In this document: positions 1 through 8,088 of the stretch, in pieces
How positions within the stretch are numbered: position 1 is the stretch's first letter
How the letters are laid out: each line of letters opens with the position of its first letter
The notes under the pieces: generated by a model
What the model saw: the letters and a program-made list of their open reading frames with translations, nothing else
Databases searched by the model: none
Told to the model about the DNA's origin: nothing
Made by a program: the position numbers and the translations under genes
Origin: a virus
Lineage: Duplodnaviria > Caudoviricetes
IMG/VR virus record: IMGVR_UViG_2846893963_000001
Coordinates: 1-64,000 of that record
Direction: 5' to 3' (one strand)
Length of the DNA: 64,000 bases

Positions 1-1557
1 TCAGTCCGGGAAGGGAGCACTCATGGCCTTCCGGGAAGCCTGCTTGGCCTGCATGTCCCCCTCGCTCTCCCTCTTCTGCTGGATCAGCTCCGCAGAAGTA
101 GGTGTACTCATCACCCGGGCGGCTTGGATACGCTTGCCTGATGGACGATCCGAGAGTTTCAGGCCGTCCGTTGCCTTTTGCAAGATTGCGGCAATCTTGG
201 TTAGGCGGTCAGGGTTCATGAGACGATCGTACGATGAGTTGAGAGTAGAGGCAACCTTGTTCATTCTCCCGGGCTGCTGATTGTTGCGAACCTGCTTCAT
301 GAGATCCGTCTGGTCAATGAAATCGTATGTAGGCTGAACCGGCTTCAAGGGCATTTGTTGAACAGGCGGCGGGGGAGTAGGCCTTTTGCCCTGGTTGTAT
401 TCCTCCTGTTGTCTGCTCCACTCCTGCTGCCTTTGCATCTCTGACTGTGCCCGTAATCTCCCCAGCGCCTGAGCTTGCTGTTGTGTCAAATTCGCCTGAG
501 AATTGGTCCACTCATCATCTGTCCCGTACACCTTGTGCATGTTATGGTAATCCAATAGCTCCTTGCTATTCTGGATACGATGCCCGTACGTTGCCTGAGC
601 ATCGTTCTGGTCGAGCTTCCTGGACTTTACGAACTCCCCGGGCCACTGGTCGTAGGAGCCTTGCATGCCGGGGACGATGGGTGTGTAAGGTCTTCTTCCT
701 TCCACTCCTGTATCATTGTACTCTCCTGCCAGTCTATCTTTGGGCGCAAAGACATTGGGATCGTTGTTTTTATCAATGCTCTTATAGAAAGAAGTAGGAG
801 ACTGGGCGTGTGTTGCTTCTTCTTGAAGAACATTTTGAATCCTGTACCTTTCATTTACAGGTTCATAATTATTATGAAGCCCTTGGTATTGATCGTATCC
901 TTGCGTAGATGATGGCACTCGTCTAATTGCTTCGTTAGGAGGAAGGGAATGTGTCGGTTGCGGGAAAGCAGTACCGTTTGTTGGGAACCGCATAGACTCC
1001 ATTCTGATCTTGTCAATGTCAGACCTGTAGTTGCTCCTAGGCTCACCGTCAGGAAAATGCTCGCCCGTATCTTGCTCAATAGGCACATTCCTGTTGGGAT
1101 TCCCGGGTGCAGAAGGCCCATAATTCCTGAATGCAGTGAGAAATCCCCGTTCATCCTTTCCGCTTGGGTTCAGTACAACTAGATGGTTCAAAGACGGAAC
1201 ATTAGGTACTTTAGTCAAACCTCCGGGGCGAGCCTGATTCCATCGTGCATATGCTTGCTGGGCTTCCGCTCTTCGTTGAAAGTCGGCATCCCCGCCAAAG
1301 ATATTCTTCTGTGTCTGCGCTCCATCGAGGTAAGGATTTCCCTGAGCATCCTTATTAACAGAAATATACGGAACAGAAGACTTCTGTTGCTTGAATGCCT
1401 CCTGTGAAGTTTGCCTGTTAGTGAATCCCGGGTCAACAGGCTTCGGGGAAGGTTTTACATCCCTCTGCCATGGGAATGTAGACATGAACTTGTCATACCC
1501 GGAACCGTGTATCGTGGAGGCAGACTTGGTAAGTTGTTGCCAGTAAGAAGATCTCAT
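1..1557 (-). CDS. Hypothetical Gln/Pro/Asn-rich protein with a possible zincin-like EExxH motif
   Basis: 518-aa ORF with stop at position 1. Low-complexity Q/P tracts. Central VLQEEATHAQ ... YDQWPGEF resembles a metallopeptidase variant. Confidence 0.7.
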   Translation of the reverse strand: MRSSYWQQLTKSASTIHGSGYDKFMSTFPWQRDVKPSPKPVDPGFTNRQTSQEAFKQQKSSVPYISVNKDAQGNPYLDGAQTQKNIFGGDADFQRRAEAQQAYARWNQARPGGLTKVPNVPSLNHLVVLNPSGKDERGFLTAFRNYGPSAPGNPNRNVPIEQDTGEHFPDGEPRSNYRSDIDKIRMESMRFPTNGTAFPQPTHSLPPNEAIRRVPSSTQGYDQYQGLHNNYEPVNERYRIQNVLQEEATHAQSPTSFYKSIDKNNDPNVFAPKDRLAGEYNDTGVEGRRPYTPIVPGMQGSYDQWPGEFVKSRKLDQNDAQATYGHRIQNSKELLDYHNMHKVYGTDDEWTNSQANLTQQQAQALGRLRAQSEMQRQQEWSRQQEEYNQGKRPTPPPPVQQMPLKPVQPTYDFIDQTDLMKQVRNNQQPGRMNKVASTLNSSYDRLMNPDRLTKIAAILQKATDGLKLSDRPSGKRIQAARVMSTPTSAELIQQKRESEGDMQAKQASRKAMSAPFPD

Positions 1558-1563
1558 GCCTAT

Positions 1564-1592
1564 ATTTTACGAGCCAGGTAAAAGAAAATCAA
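1564..1592 (-). promoter_or_regulatory. Sigma70-type promoter, probably producing a leaderless mRNA for the 518-aa gene
   Basis: Minus strand TTGATT-17 nt-TAAAAT. The ATG at 1557 lies 7 nt downstream of the -10. Confidence 0.5.
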
Positions 1593-1630
1593 CCCTTTGC
1601 CGTTTCGTGTCAGGAACGGCAAAGGGTTGA
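1589..1630 (-). terminator. Rho-independent terminator
   Basis: Inverted repeat TCAACCCTTTGCCGTT / AACGGCAAAGGGTTGA followed on the minus strand by TTTTCTTTT. Confidence 0.75.
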
Positions 1631-1648
1631 GAATTACACTGTCCTAAC

Positions 1649-1810
1649 TCAATAGATAGGAAGACTATTTTGCAGGTCTATGATCTCCTGGCCTAATATA
1701 TGTTGTACTATGTAAGTAAGCACAAGAGAGCCCAGCAGCAATACTCCCAGCACCCACACAGTGATCTTCGCACTCCGGGGCCAAGGTTGTTTGATTGATT
1801 TGTCTTTCAT
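1649..1810 (-). CDS. Small single-pass membrane protein (53 aa)
   Basis: MKDKSIKQPWPRSAKITVWVLGVLLLGSLVLTYIVQHILGQEIIDLQNSLPIY, one hydrophobic helix. ATG at 1810 preferred over the upstream start. Confidence 0.55.
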   Translation of the reverse strand: MKDKSIKQPWPRSAKITVWVLGVLLLGSLVLTYIVQHILGQEIIDLQNSLPIY

Positions 1811-1933
1811 AATAAGAATCTCTTTTCTCAAGTGTATATAGCGCCCGGGAAGGCGGTATTTCACTGTGTAGCGATATTGCCACGAAATAGCAATAACGTT
1901 TCACGAGAATGAGATAAAATACCGACAAAACCG

Positions 1934-2353
1934 TCAGAGTAGCCTCTTCTTGTATTTGTTTTTTATCTTGGGACTTGCTTGAATCCCCGAAATCAGAGCT
2001 TTAACCTTCTCTGAGGACATCAGGCTCTTCTTAACGGTACACCTGCCAATCTTCATTTTTATCCGGGAAGATAGAACCTCACGTACAGAGGAACAAAACA
2101 CTTCATTACAATCCACCACACAAGCCTTTGTCAACCCCGGACAATCTGCCGGAGAAAGATCTACACAAGTTTCTCTTGGTGCATTTATTTGGCGTACTCG
2201 CTTTCGCACCTTCTCAATCTGCGACGTAGTCACACACATCAGAACAGCCTCATCCAAGCCTTCATCAACGTGAAGAATGACAAAATAGTGTGGGCTTGAA
2301 CTTGTAAGCCCGCGATGTTGCATTTTGACAACTGTCCCTGGGCAAAGATCCAT
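1934..2353 (-). CDS. PemK/MazF-like toxin (putative partner of the Panacea antitoxin)
   Basis: PGTVV...PHYFVIL...VLMCVTTSQ...GLTKACVVDCNEV matches the PemK SH3-barrel pattern. Starts 1 nt after the antitoxin stop. Confidence 0.6.
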   Translation of the reverse strand: MDLCPGTVVKMQHRGLTSSSPHYFVILHVDEGLDEAVLMCVTTSQIEKVRKRVRQINAPRETCVDLSPADCPGLTKACVVDCNEVFCSSVREVLSSRIKMKIGRCTVKKSLMSSEKVKALISGIQASPKIKNKYKKRLL

Positions 2354-2354
2354 C

Positions 2355-2951
2355 TTATCTTACAAGGTCATGCCTGCCGCTCTCATTCCAGTAGCTGCGT
2401 GCCGCTGCCAGACGTTCTTCATCCGCAGGGCAATAATCATCACTGACATTTGGAGTAAACCAGTCCTTCCATGCCATCTTTTCCATCTTCTTGTCATCAC
2501 GCAGCTTGACAGAAGGCTTTTTCCACTCCGGAAACTTATGCGAAAAATCGATCAACTGCCCAATGGTCGGATGCTGGCGATGAACTGCTATAGCCGCATC
2601 CAAAGCCTCCAGCTCCGAATCCGAAAATTCGTCCAGATCCGGATCTTGAATAAGCCGGAACCCATTCTCGCCTCGTTCCACATAACGGTATAGTGTCTCC
2701 CCTTCCCTGGGTGTATTAACCAAGGTTTTAGTCATTGAAGGCACGGGCCCCATCTCCATAGCTACATACTTATCCCTGGTAATAGTACTCCCATACATCC
2801 GCAAATGATACCGATCTGCGAAAAACAACAACTTAAACAAAGTAATGTGCGAATCAATACGCACCGGGTCATTGGCAACAAGGTATGCTGAAGCCAATGA
2901 CATCATCAAGTCATCAGCTTGCGCTAGTATCGTCTTGTTCTTTTTAGCCAT
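2355..2951 (-). CDS. Panacea (DUF4065/SocA/GepA-like) antitoxin
   Basis: LFKLLFFADRYHLRMYGSTITRDKYVAMEMGPVPS and FSDSELEALD...QLIDFSHKFPEW are typical DUF4065 motifs. Confidence 0.85.
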   Translation of the reverse strand: MAKKNKTILAQADDLMMSLASAYLVANDPVRIDSHITLFKLLFFADRYHLRMYGSTITRDKYVAMEMGPVPSMTKTLVNTPREGETLYRYVERGENGFRLIQDPDLDEFSDSELEALDAAIAVHRQHPTIGQLIDFSHKFPEWKKPSVKLRDDKKMEKMAWKDWFTPNVSDDYCPADEERLAAARSYWNESGRHDLVR

Positions 2952-3071
2952 ACTCGCTCCTTTCTACTCACTAAAAGTGATGACTTCAACGTACCGCACA
3001 CCGTTCAATGCGTCCACCAAAATCATCCATGCACACACGTTTTCTTCTTACCAGCCAAGGAAGTTTTGCAG

Positions 3072-3773
3072 TCACGCCTGTCCTGCAAGCAACTGCAGAA
3101 GCTTGTACCGCAAATACCGCATACCGTGTAATACCTGCACATCGATGGGAAACAAAAAGCCGTCAGGAGATCGGTAGATATTATCAGGCCGGGCGTCATG
3201 AATAGTCGTGCCGCAGGGATGCCTGAAGGAATGCCGGCTGCACTTCCGGAAATCAAGAGACTCCCAGAAAGATGAAATCTCCTCTTCACTGGCCCTTGTC
3301 CCTTCGATAAAAGGCTGGGATACGACAATCATGGGCATATCCTCCCTGTGAGTCCCATACACAATGTACTCTACTCGTATGTCATCCCCGAACAGGATGT
3401 TTGCCATGAGATGGTTCTCCAGATAATCCGTCAAGCGGGATCTGGCTCCATACCCATTGCCGGGCTGAGTGATCTTCAGGACGCGCCGTCCTGACGGCTG
3501 GATAAGGACGTCGTGTTCATTCCCTCCTCCGTTCGAACAGAATCCACCGCTGGCACATGTCTGTTTGAACTCATCCTGTGTCTGTCCGATTCCTGTATTC
3601 CGAGCGAACTGATACAAGGTATCATGCTCGGCCTGCATGAGTTCTCCCGGCGAAACTGCTCCAGCATCGACCCCGCAGGTTTGGATAACCATACAGAAGA
3701 GTTCTTCAAGCGAAGACTTCTCATCTCTTCGGCATTGAGAATCTTTCCTGTAACATGTTCCTTCATCATTCAC
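3072..3773 (-). CDS. Stand-alone polyvalent-protein-type kinase (Kinase-PolyVal-like)
   Basis: GNEHDV...RVLKIT.P..YG...DYL....MANILFGDDIRVE...IVVSQPFIEG...IHDARPDNI...FPID. Confidence 0.7.
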   Translation of the reverse strand: MNDEGTCYRKDSQCRRDEKSSLEELFCMVIQTCGVDAGAVSPGELMQAEHDTLYQFARNTGIGQTQDEFKQTCASGGFCSNGGGNEHDVLIQPSGRRVLKITQPGNGYGARSRLTDYLENHLMANILFGDDIRVEYIVYGTHREDMPMIVVSQPFIEGTRASEEEISSFWESLDFRKCSRHSFRHPCGTTIHDARPDNIYRSPDGFLFPIDVQVLHGMRYLRYKLLQLLAGQA

Positions 3774-3836
3774 AACCTTTCATGGCGAACCATAGCTAAG
3801 TAGCATATCCTGGTCAACAGGAATGACACACATCCA

Positions 3837-4499
3837 TCACGAATCCATTTCTTCTTCGAGTTCTTGCAGCTTGGTCAGAGCCTTGCGCCCGGGCAGGTCG
3901 ACTCTGACGACGCGGACAAGCTTGCCCAGGGTTTTGGCCGCTTCCACACGATGGTGGCCGTCCAGAATCCAGTTGTCCCGGGAGATGAGAACGGGCTCCT
4001 TGCCTGCGTTGGCCCAGTCGTTGGCAATCCCCCTGGCTTTCGTTTTGTTGATCTTCTCCTGGGTCTTCTTCAGCTTGTCCGGGGAAACGAACTCCAGCTT
4101 GCCCGTCGGGATGTCGTCGCTCTCTTCTGCGTCACAGGTACCGACCTGGGGCATCTCGCTGCGAGGGACTTCGCCGAGTTTTGCCTTGGCGTATTTGTTC
4201 ATCTCGTCGAGGAGGAGCTGCTGGCTAGCTGGCCGGGCGAGTTGTTGTTTCTTTGCTTCTTCCTCGGCCTGGCGCTGCTGTTGGGTCTGGTAGTTCACCT
4301 GGCGCAGAGCGTCCGTGTAGGGGATGCCTGTGGACGCAGAGAGCTGGGATGCGGCTGCCTGGTCTTTGATGAAGTCGTTGAAATCACACGTTGGCAGGTA
4401 CTGATGGTACTCCCGAACTGGGAAGCATTCCCACAAGGACGGTGTATCCGTCCTTGTGGGAATGGTTCTCGGTTCGGGGGAAACATCGGCACTTATCAT
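3837..4499 (-). CDS. ParB/Srx-domain protein
   Basis: C-terminal LKKTQ...PVLISRDNWILDGHHRVEAA. Upstream VPRSEMPQV motif resembles ParB modules of phage/plasmid polyvalent proteins. Confidence 0.75.
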   Translation of the reverse strand: MISADVSPEPRTIPTRTDTPSLWECFPVREYHQYLPTCDFNDFIKDQAAASQLSASTGIPYTDALRQVNYQTQQQRQAEEEAKKQQLARPASQQLLLDEMNKYAKAKLGEVPRSEMPQVGTCDAEESDDIPTGKLEFVSPDKLKKTQEKINKTKARGIANDWANAGKEPVLISRDNWILDGHHRVEAAKTLGKLVRVVRVDLPGRKALTKLQELEEEMDS

Positions 4500-4735
4500 A
4501 TTCCAGTTCTACTCTGCTTCACAGGGAAACAAATCCGGAATCGTAAACCGGAACCTTTGTATGGCAGCTAAAAAACAGCTCGACTTCATGGTGAAGAAGA
4601 GCTGCTGAATGGCGGCCTTATCCGTCCCTGGCTTCCAGCGTCCTGACGATTGCTTCGGCTCCACGCTTGTACACGGTTACCGCCAACAGCTCTCCGTCTC
4701 GAAAGACAGCCCAGAAGCGGGTGCCCTTGTACTTC

Positions 4736-5218
4736 TCAATCGTCAGCATCAGGCAACACCTCCTTTCCGGGATGATGGTGTGAGTTAAGTAGGTGTCTCA
4801 GTACGGCCCCGATATTGGCTTCATACATGTCCCGTGTGTGCCTGTTGCAGGCGACGGCATAAAGGCACCGGGCATCAAGGATGTCGATGTCTTCACCACA
4901 GAGCCGAATGCAGCTTTCCAGTGTATCCAGTTCTGTCTCCGGAATCGGCGAATCCAGCAGGATGCTTTCGTCTTCGTCCAGAGACTTCTGCTGTTCTTCC
5001 GTCAGTTCCGGGAGATTCGCCAGAGCCGCCATGGACGGGCCGTGAATCGTCAGCTTGCTCAACCCCAGTGAAGGATCATTCTGATGGCTGCTGTAAAGCG
5101 ACACCACCTTCTCGATCCGGGCCAGTAGCTCCTCGTCCAGTTCCAGATATACGTACGGAGCGTCCGTATCGTATCCGCTCGTGGAACGCAGTTGCGCGAT
5201 GATGGGAATCGTCTTCAT
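4736..5218 (-). CDS. Acidic hypothetical protein
   Basis: 160 aa, 30 Asp/Glu versus 12 Lys/Arg by manual count. Last gene of the DUF932 operon. Confidence 0.7.
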   Translation of the reverse strand: MKTIPIIAQLRSTSGYDTDAPYVYLELDEELLARIEKVVSLYSSHQNDPSLGLSKLTIHGPSMAALANLPELTEEQQKSLDEDESILLDSPIPETELDTLESCIRLCGEDIDILDARCLYAVACNRHTRDMYEANIGAVLRHLLNSHHHPGKEVLPDADD

Positions 5219-5241
5219 ATCTCATTCCTTTCCTGTCAGAG

Positions 5242-5400
5242 TTACTTGCGGAAGAAGGCGATGACGCCCAGGATCAACAGCACGGCGAGCAGATACGGAG
5301 CCACGGCCACCAGAGCCGACAGGATGCCGACGACGACCGGCCCCAGCAGACACAGCAGTACGAGTGCTACTAGGGCGATCATGATGCCTTTCATGTTCAT
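5242..5400 (-). CDS. Small hydrophobic membrane protein (52 aa), absent from the supplied ORF track
   Basis: MNMKGIMIALVALVLLCLLGPVVVGILSALVAVAPYLLAVLLILGVIAFFRK. GAGG 5' of the ATG. Fits between flanking genes. Confidence 0.7.
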   Translation of the reverse strand: MNMKGIMIALVALVLLCLLGPVVVGILSALVAVAPYLLAVLLILGVIAFFRK

Positions 5401-5409
5401 GGCCGTGCC

Positions 5410-5748
5410 TCATGCGTTAACCCTTGCCCGGGATGATCGACGAGCCGGAGCGGTAGCGGCCACCCATTGCCTGAGCGCCTGCCGTCCGGCATAGGTAATC
5501 AGCCAACAATCGGGACGAAGCAGGAATTCTTCTTCCTTTGTGCGGATGATGAACTCTTGCCCGGCCAGACCACGAACGGCATGCCTGATACTTTCCTGTT
5601 CGATGCCACGGCATTCCGCCATGATCTCCTCGTCACTGCGTTCGAAGTCGCCGTGAAGGTACAGGAGAATGGACAGCTCCAGACCGGTCAGAGATGGAGT
5701 CTGTCCCATACGCTTCAACCGCAGATGATGTTTTCTTCTCATGGGCAT
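5410..5748 (-). CDS. Putative winged-helix DNA-binding protein
   Basis: LTGLELSILLYL...SDEEI...SIRHAVRGLAGQEFI...WLITYAGRQAL has a wHTH pattern. Confidence 0.55.
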   Translation of the reverse strand: MPMRRKHHLRLKRMGQTPSLTGLELSILLYLHGDFERSDEEIMAECRGIEQESIRHAVRGLAGQEFIIRTKEEEFLLRPDCWLITYAGRQALRQWVAATAPARRSSRARVNA

Positions 5749-5754
5749 CTCAGG

Positions 5755-6612
5755 TCAGTTGTTCAGGGAGTAGCTGTCGGCCAGATCCCAGAGCTCCCGG
5801 TTCAGGCGCGTGTTGCCGTCAATACCGTTGAGCGCCCGCAGGGAACGACGACGATAAGCACCTTCCTTCTGTGGCTTCAAGGGAACGCCTCCCCTGATCA
5901 GGTTTTCCTGAACCCGGTTGAAGCACTGCCAGACGGTAGCCAGACCTCCCGCCGTAAAGCCGATATCGTTCCAGCGCCGGGGCGACAGAAGAGCTTCGGG
6001 ACGTATCCTGTCTTCGTAGTCGTCTCCCAGGCGCAGCCGGGCCGCATCATGAACGAAATCCACCTGTCGCTTGTAAGGGAGTTCGACTCCCTGCATGCGG
6101 TGAATGTTGTCCATGATCCGGGGTGTTTCGGAGGCCAACCGGAGACTGGCGGCGATCACCTCTTCTCCGGTATGACCCATGTGACGGATGTTGATGGCGG
6201 CAATGCGTGCCCCGACAATCAGGCCGTTGGTGCAGACCAGCCGGAAGATCCCGGCCATGAGTTGGTAGGAGCAGCTGCCGTTATGGCTGTTGATCATGAC
6301 CACTTCGATGCGTTCGTCTTGGGTGCGTTCCAGCACGTCCCGGTGGGCGAAGCGGATCAGGTGTTTGCGTGTAGGAGTGCCGTCAGGTTTCCGGGTACGC
6401 TGTTCCTGGGCTCCGACAACGAGGAACCCGGCCTCTTCCATCTGGTCGAGCAGAGAGTCGGAGGAAACGAAGCGGTACTTCTCCGAGCGGCTGTCGTCCT
6501 CGCGGTCGGCGGAGACGGAGGGTGCGACTCGCCGGATCTGAAGTCTGTCCAGTGGGCTGTTGTCGCGATTGCGATAGAGTTCTCGTGTGGATGTTTGATT
6601 ATTCATATGCAT
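5755..6612 (-). CDS. DUF932 (YafZ/YfjQ/YubP-like) family protein
   Basis: APSV......RSEKYRFV...KHLIRF...INSHNGSCSYQLMAGIFRLVCTNGLIVG...IRHMG...WQCFNRVQENLIRGG...N..LW.LA. Confidence 0.9.
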   Translation of the reverse strand: MHMNNQTSTRELYRNRDNSPLDRLQIRRVAPSVSADREDDSRSEKYRFVSSDSLLDQMEEAGFLVVGAQEQRTRKPDGTPTRKHLIRFAHRDVLERTQDERIEVVMINSHNGSCSYQLMAGIFRLVCTNGLIVGARIAAINIRHMGHTGEEVIAASLRLASETPRIMDNIHRMQGVELPYKRQVDFVHDAARLRLGDDYEDRIRPEALLSPRRWNDIGFTAGGLATVWQCFNRVQENLIRGGVPLKPQKEGAYRRRSLRALNGIDGNTRLNRELWDLADSYSLNN

Positions 6613-6705
6613 TGATGTTTGGTTTGTTGCAACAACAAGCCCGCCTCCCGAAACAAGTCCGGGAGGCGGGCACTGGCAGGAAGCAGAGAATCTGCTTCCT
6701 CATAA

Positions 6706-6740
6706 ATATATGACGCGAGGAGAGGGGGATTTTCAGATAA
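6706..6740 (-). promoter_or_regulatory. Island-specific promoter-like motif, copy A
   Basis: Minus strand CTGAAA-N17-TCATATAT upstream of the DUF932 operon. Same spacing as copies at 9655-9690 and 20566-20598. Confidence 0.55.
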
Positions 6741-6790
6741 ATTGTTTCTGTACGAAAGACAGGTCTATTTAACCGTATAACCCCTTTACC

Positions 6791-7894
6791 CTATATTTTA
6801 TTATCCAGACTAGCCTGGATAATTATCATTAGTTTCTCAAAGCAGTCTTGTGCATTCCAGTATCTTCCCCATATCCATTCAGATTCTTCTGTTTCTGTGT
6901 TTTTATCTATTACATTCAAATTATACCATCCAACATTATCTGCGACCCAGTTGGGTTCGGTTGCGATCGTGATCCCCTTGCATCTCCTAACTAAGCGAGC
7001 AAAAGAGCGGTAATTCGAAAGGTTGCTTTCCAATACCTTGATATCCTTGAAGTAGTCTAGGTCAATATCCAATATTATGTCTTCATTCTCGGGTATTACA
7101 GCCATGACTCGTTCAATCAGATCATTTCCTATATTGCTATTCTGATAATCTTGAAATTCTCTTTCGAAAATATCTTCAATTTCATCCATATCTGTTTTTT
7201 TGAGCAAACCATTAAGGTAAAATATTTGACGATAAATTTGAGCTAGATAGTTCTCCTTACTGTTTCTCAAGTCATCGCCCATTTTAGGTGATACAATATA
7301 TGCCTTATTAATAAGTTCAAAAAAAATGGATGTTGTTATATGCTCATCGTTTCGTAAATGTAATGTTTCTCCATAAGAACTACGTTTTCTGCCCTTTAAA
7401 TAGGAACCCGGAGTAAGAAGGCCTTTCAATAATGTTTCTGTCAAATTATTTCTCATGTGATTCAACTCACTAATGAAGATTTCCTCATTTGCCTTCAAAG
7501 AAGAGTTTTTATATGCCAGAAGTGGAGCGAGCGTATCCGTATGATTGTCAAACGTAATAAGGTTGCATTTCGAACCTTGTTGAAGATGGAACCAAGCAAG
7601 GATAGCTGAAGCATGGTTTTCAAAGATGAAGATTTTCTTCCCTGATATTTCGAATTGGTAAAATCTTTTTGAATAACCTTCGAAACAGGATTCAGGGACA
7701 TGGTATTTTTTGGTATATTCGTTACTTTCACTCGGAGGTATTTCAGCAGCTCGCACGATATCAACAACCTCTTCCCTTGAGATATCACCTATCTCGTGTT
7801 GAGAGTTTTCGAAAGTGTACAAACGCTTATCAGTGTCCCAATAAAAAATGGAGTCGGAGTATTTGCCCGGAATTTTCAAAAAAGGTATATACAT
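6791..7894 (-). CDS. UPF0489 family protein (arginase/deacetylase-like fold), AT-rich insert
   Basis: IFENHASA..AW...LITFDNHTD...NDEHI...IILDIDLDYF...ITIATEP motifs. Confidence 0.75.
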   Translation of the reverse strand: MYIPFLKIPGKYSDSIFYWDTDKRLYTFENSQHEIGDISREEVVDIVRAAEIPPSESNEYTKKYHVPESCFEGYSKRFYQFEISGKKIFIFENHASAILAWFHLQQGSKCNLITFDNHTDTLAPLLAYKNSSLKANEEIFISELNHMRNNLTETLLKGLLTPGSYLKGRKRSSYGETLHLRNDEHITTSIFFELINKAYIVSPKMGDDLRNSKENYLAQIYRQIFYLNGLLKKTDMDEIEDIFEREFQDYQNSNIGNDLIERVMAVIPENEDIILDIDLDYFKDIKVLESNLSNYRSFARLVRRCKGITIATEPNWVADNVGWYNLNVIDKNTETEESEWIWGRYWNAQDCFEKLMIIIQASLDNKI

Positions 7895-8040
7895 ATAGGA
7901 TTTTTGTTATTTTTCACATTGTACGTGTTCTCGTGAAAACGATCAAGGTCATTAATCTATTCAATATGATGGGAATACGAGAGATGTTATTCGAGAGAAT
8001 AGATGGATCATGCTCTTGCATATTTCATGAAGAGTAAAAT

Positions 8041-8070
8041 AAAAAGAAGCCAACCCTCACGGTGGGCTTC
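8041..8070 (-). terminator. Rho-independent terminator after the PD-(D/E)XK gene
   Basis: GAAGCCC...GGCTTC stem followed by TTTTTATTTT on the minus strand. Confidence 0.6.
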
Positions 8071-8088
8071 TGAAGCGACACTATTCCT

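Noticed and set aside
5222-5413. 63-aa ORF MRHGHEHERHH... in the supplied track
   Set aside because: An overlapping frame (5242-5400) gives a coherent membrane peptide with an RBS.
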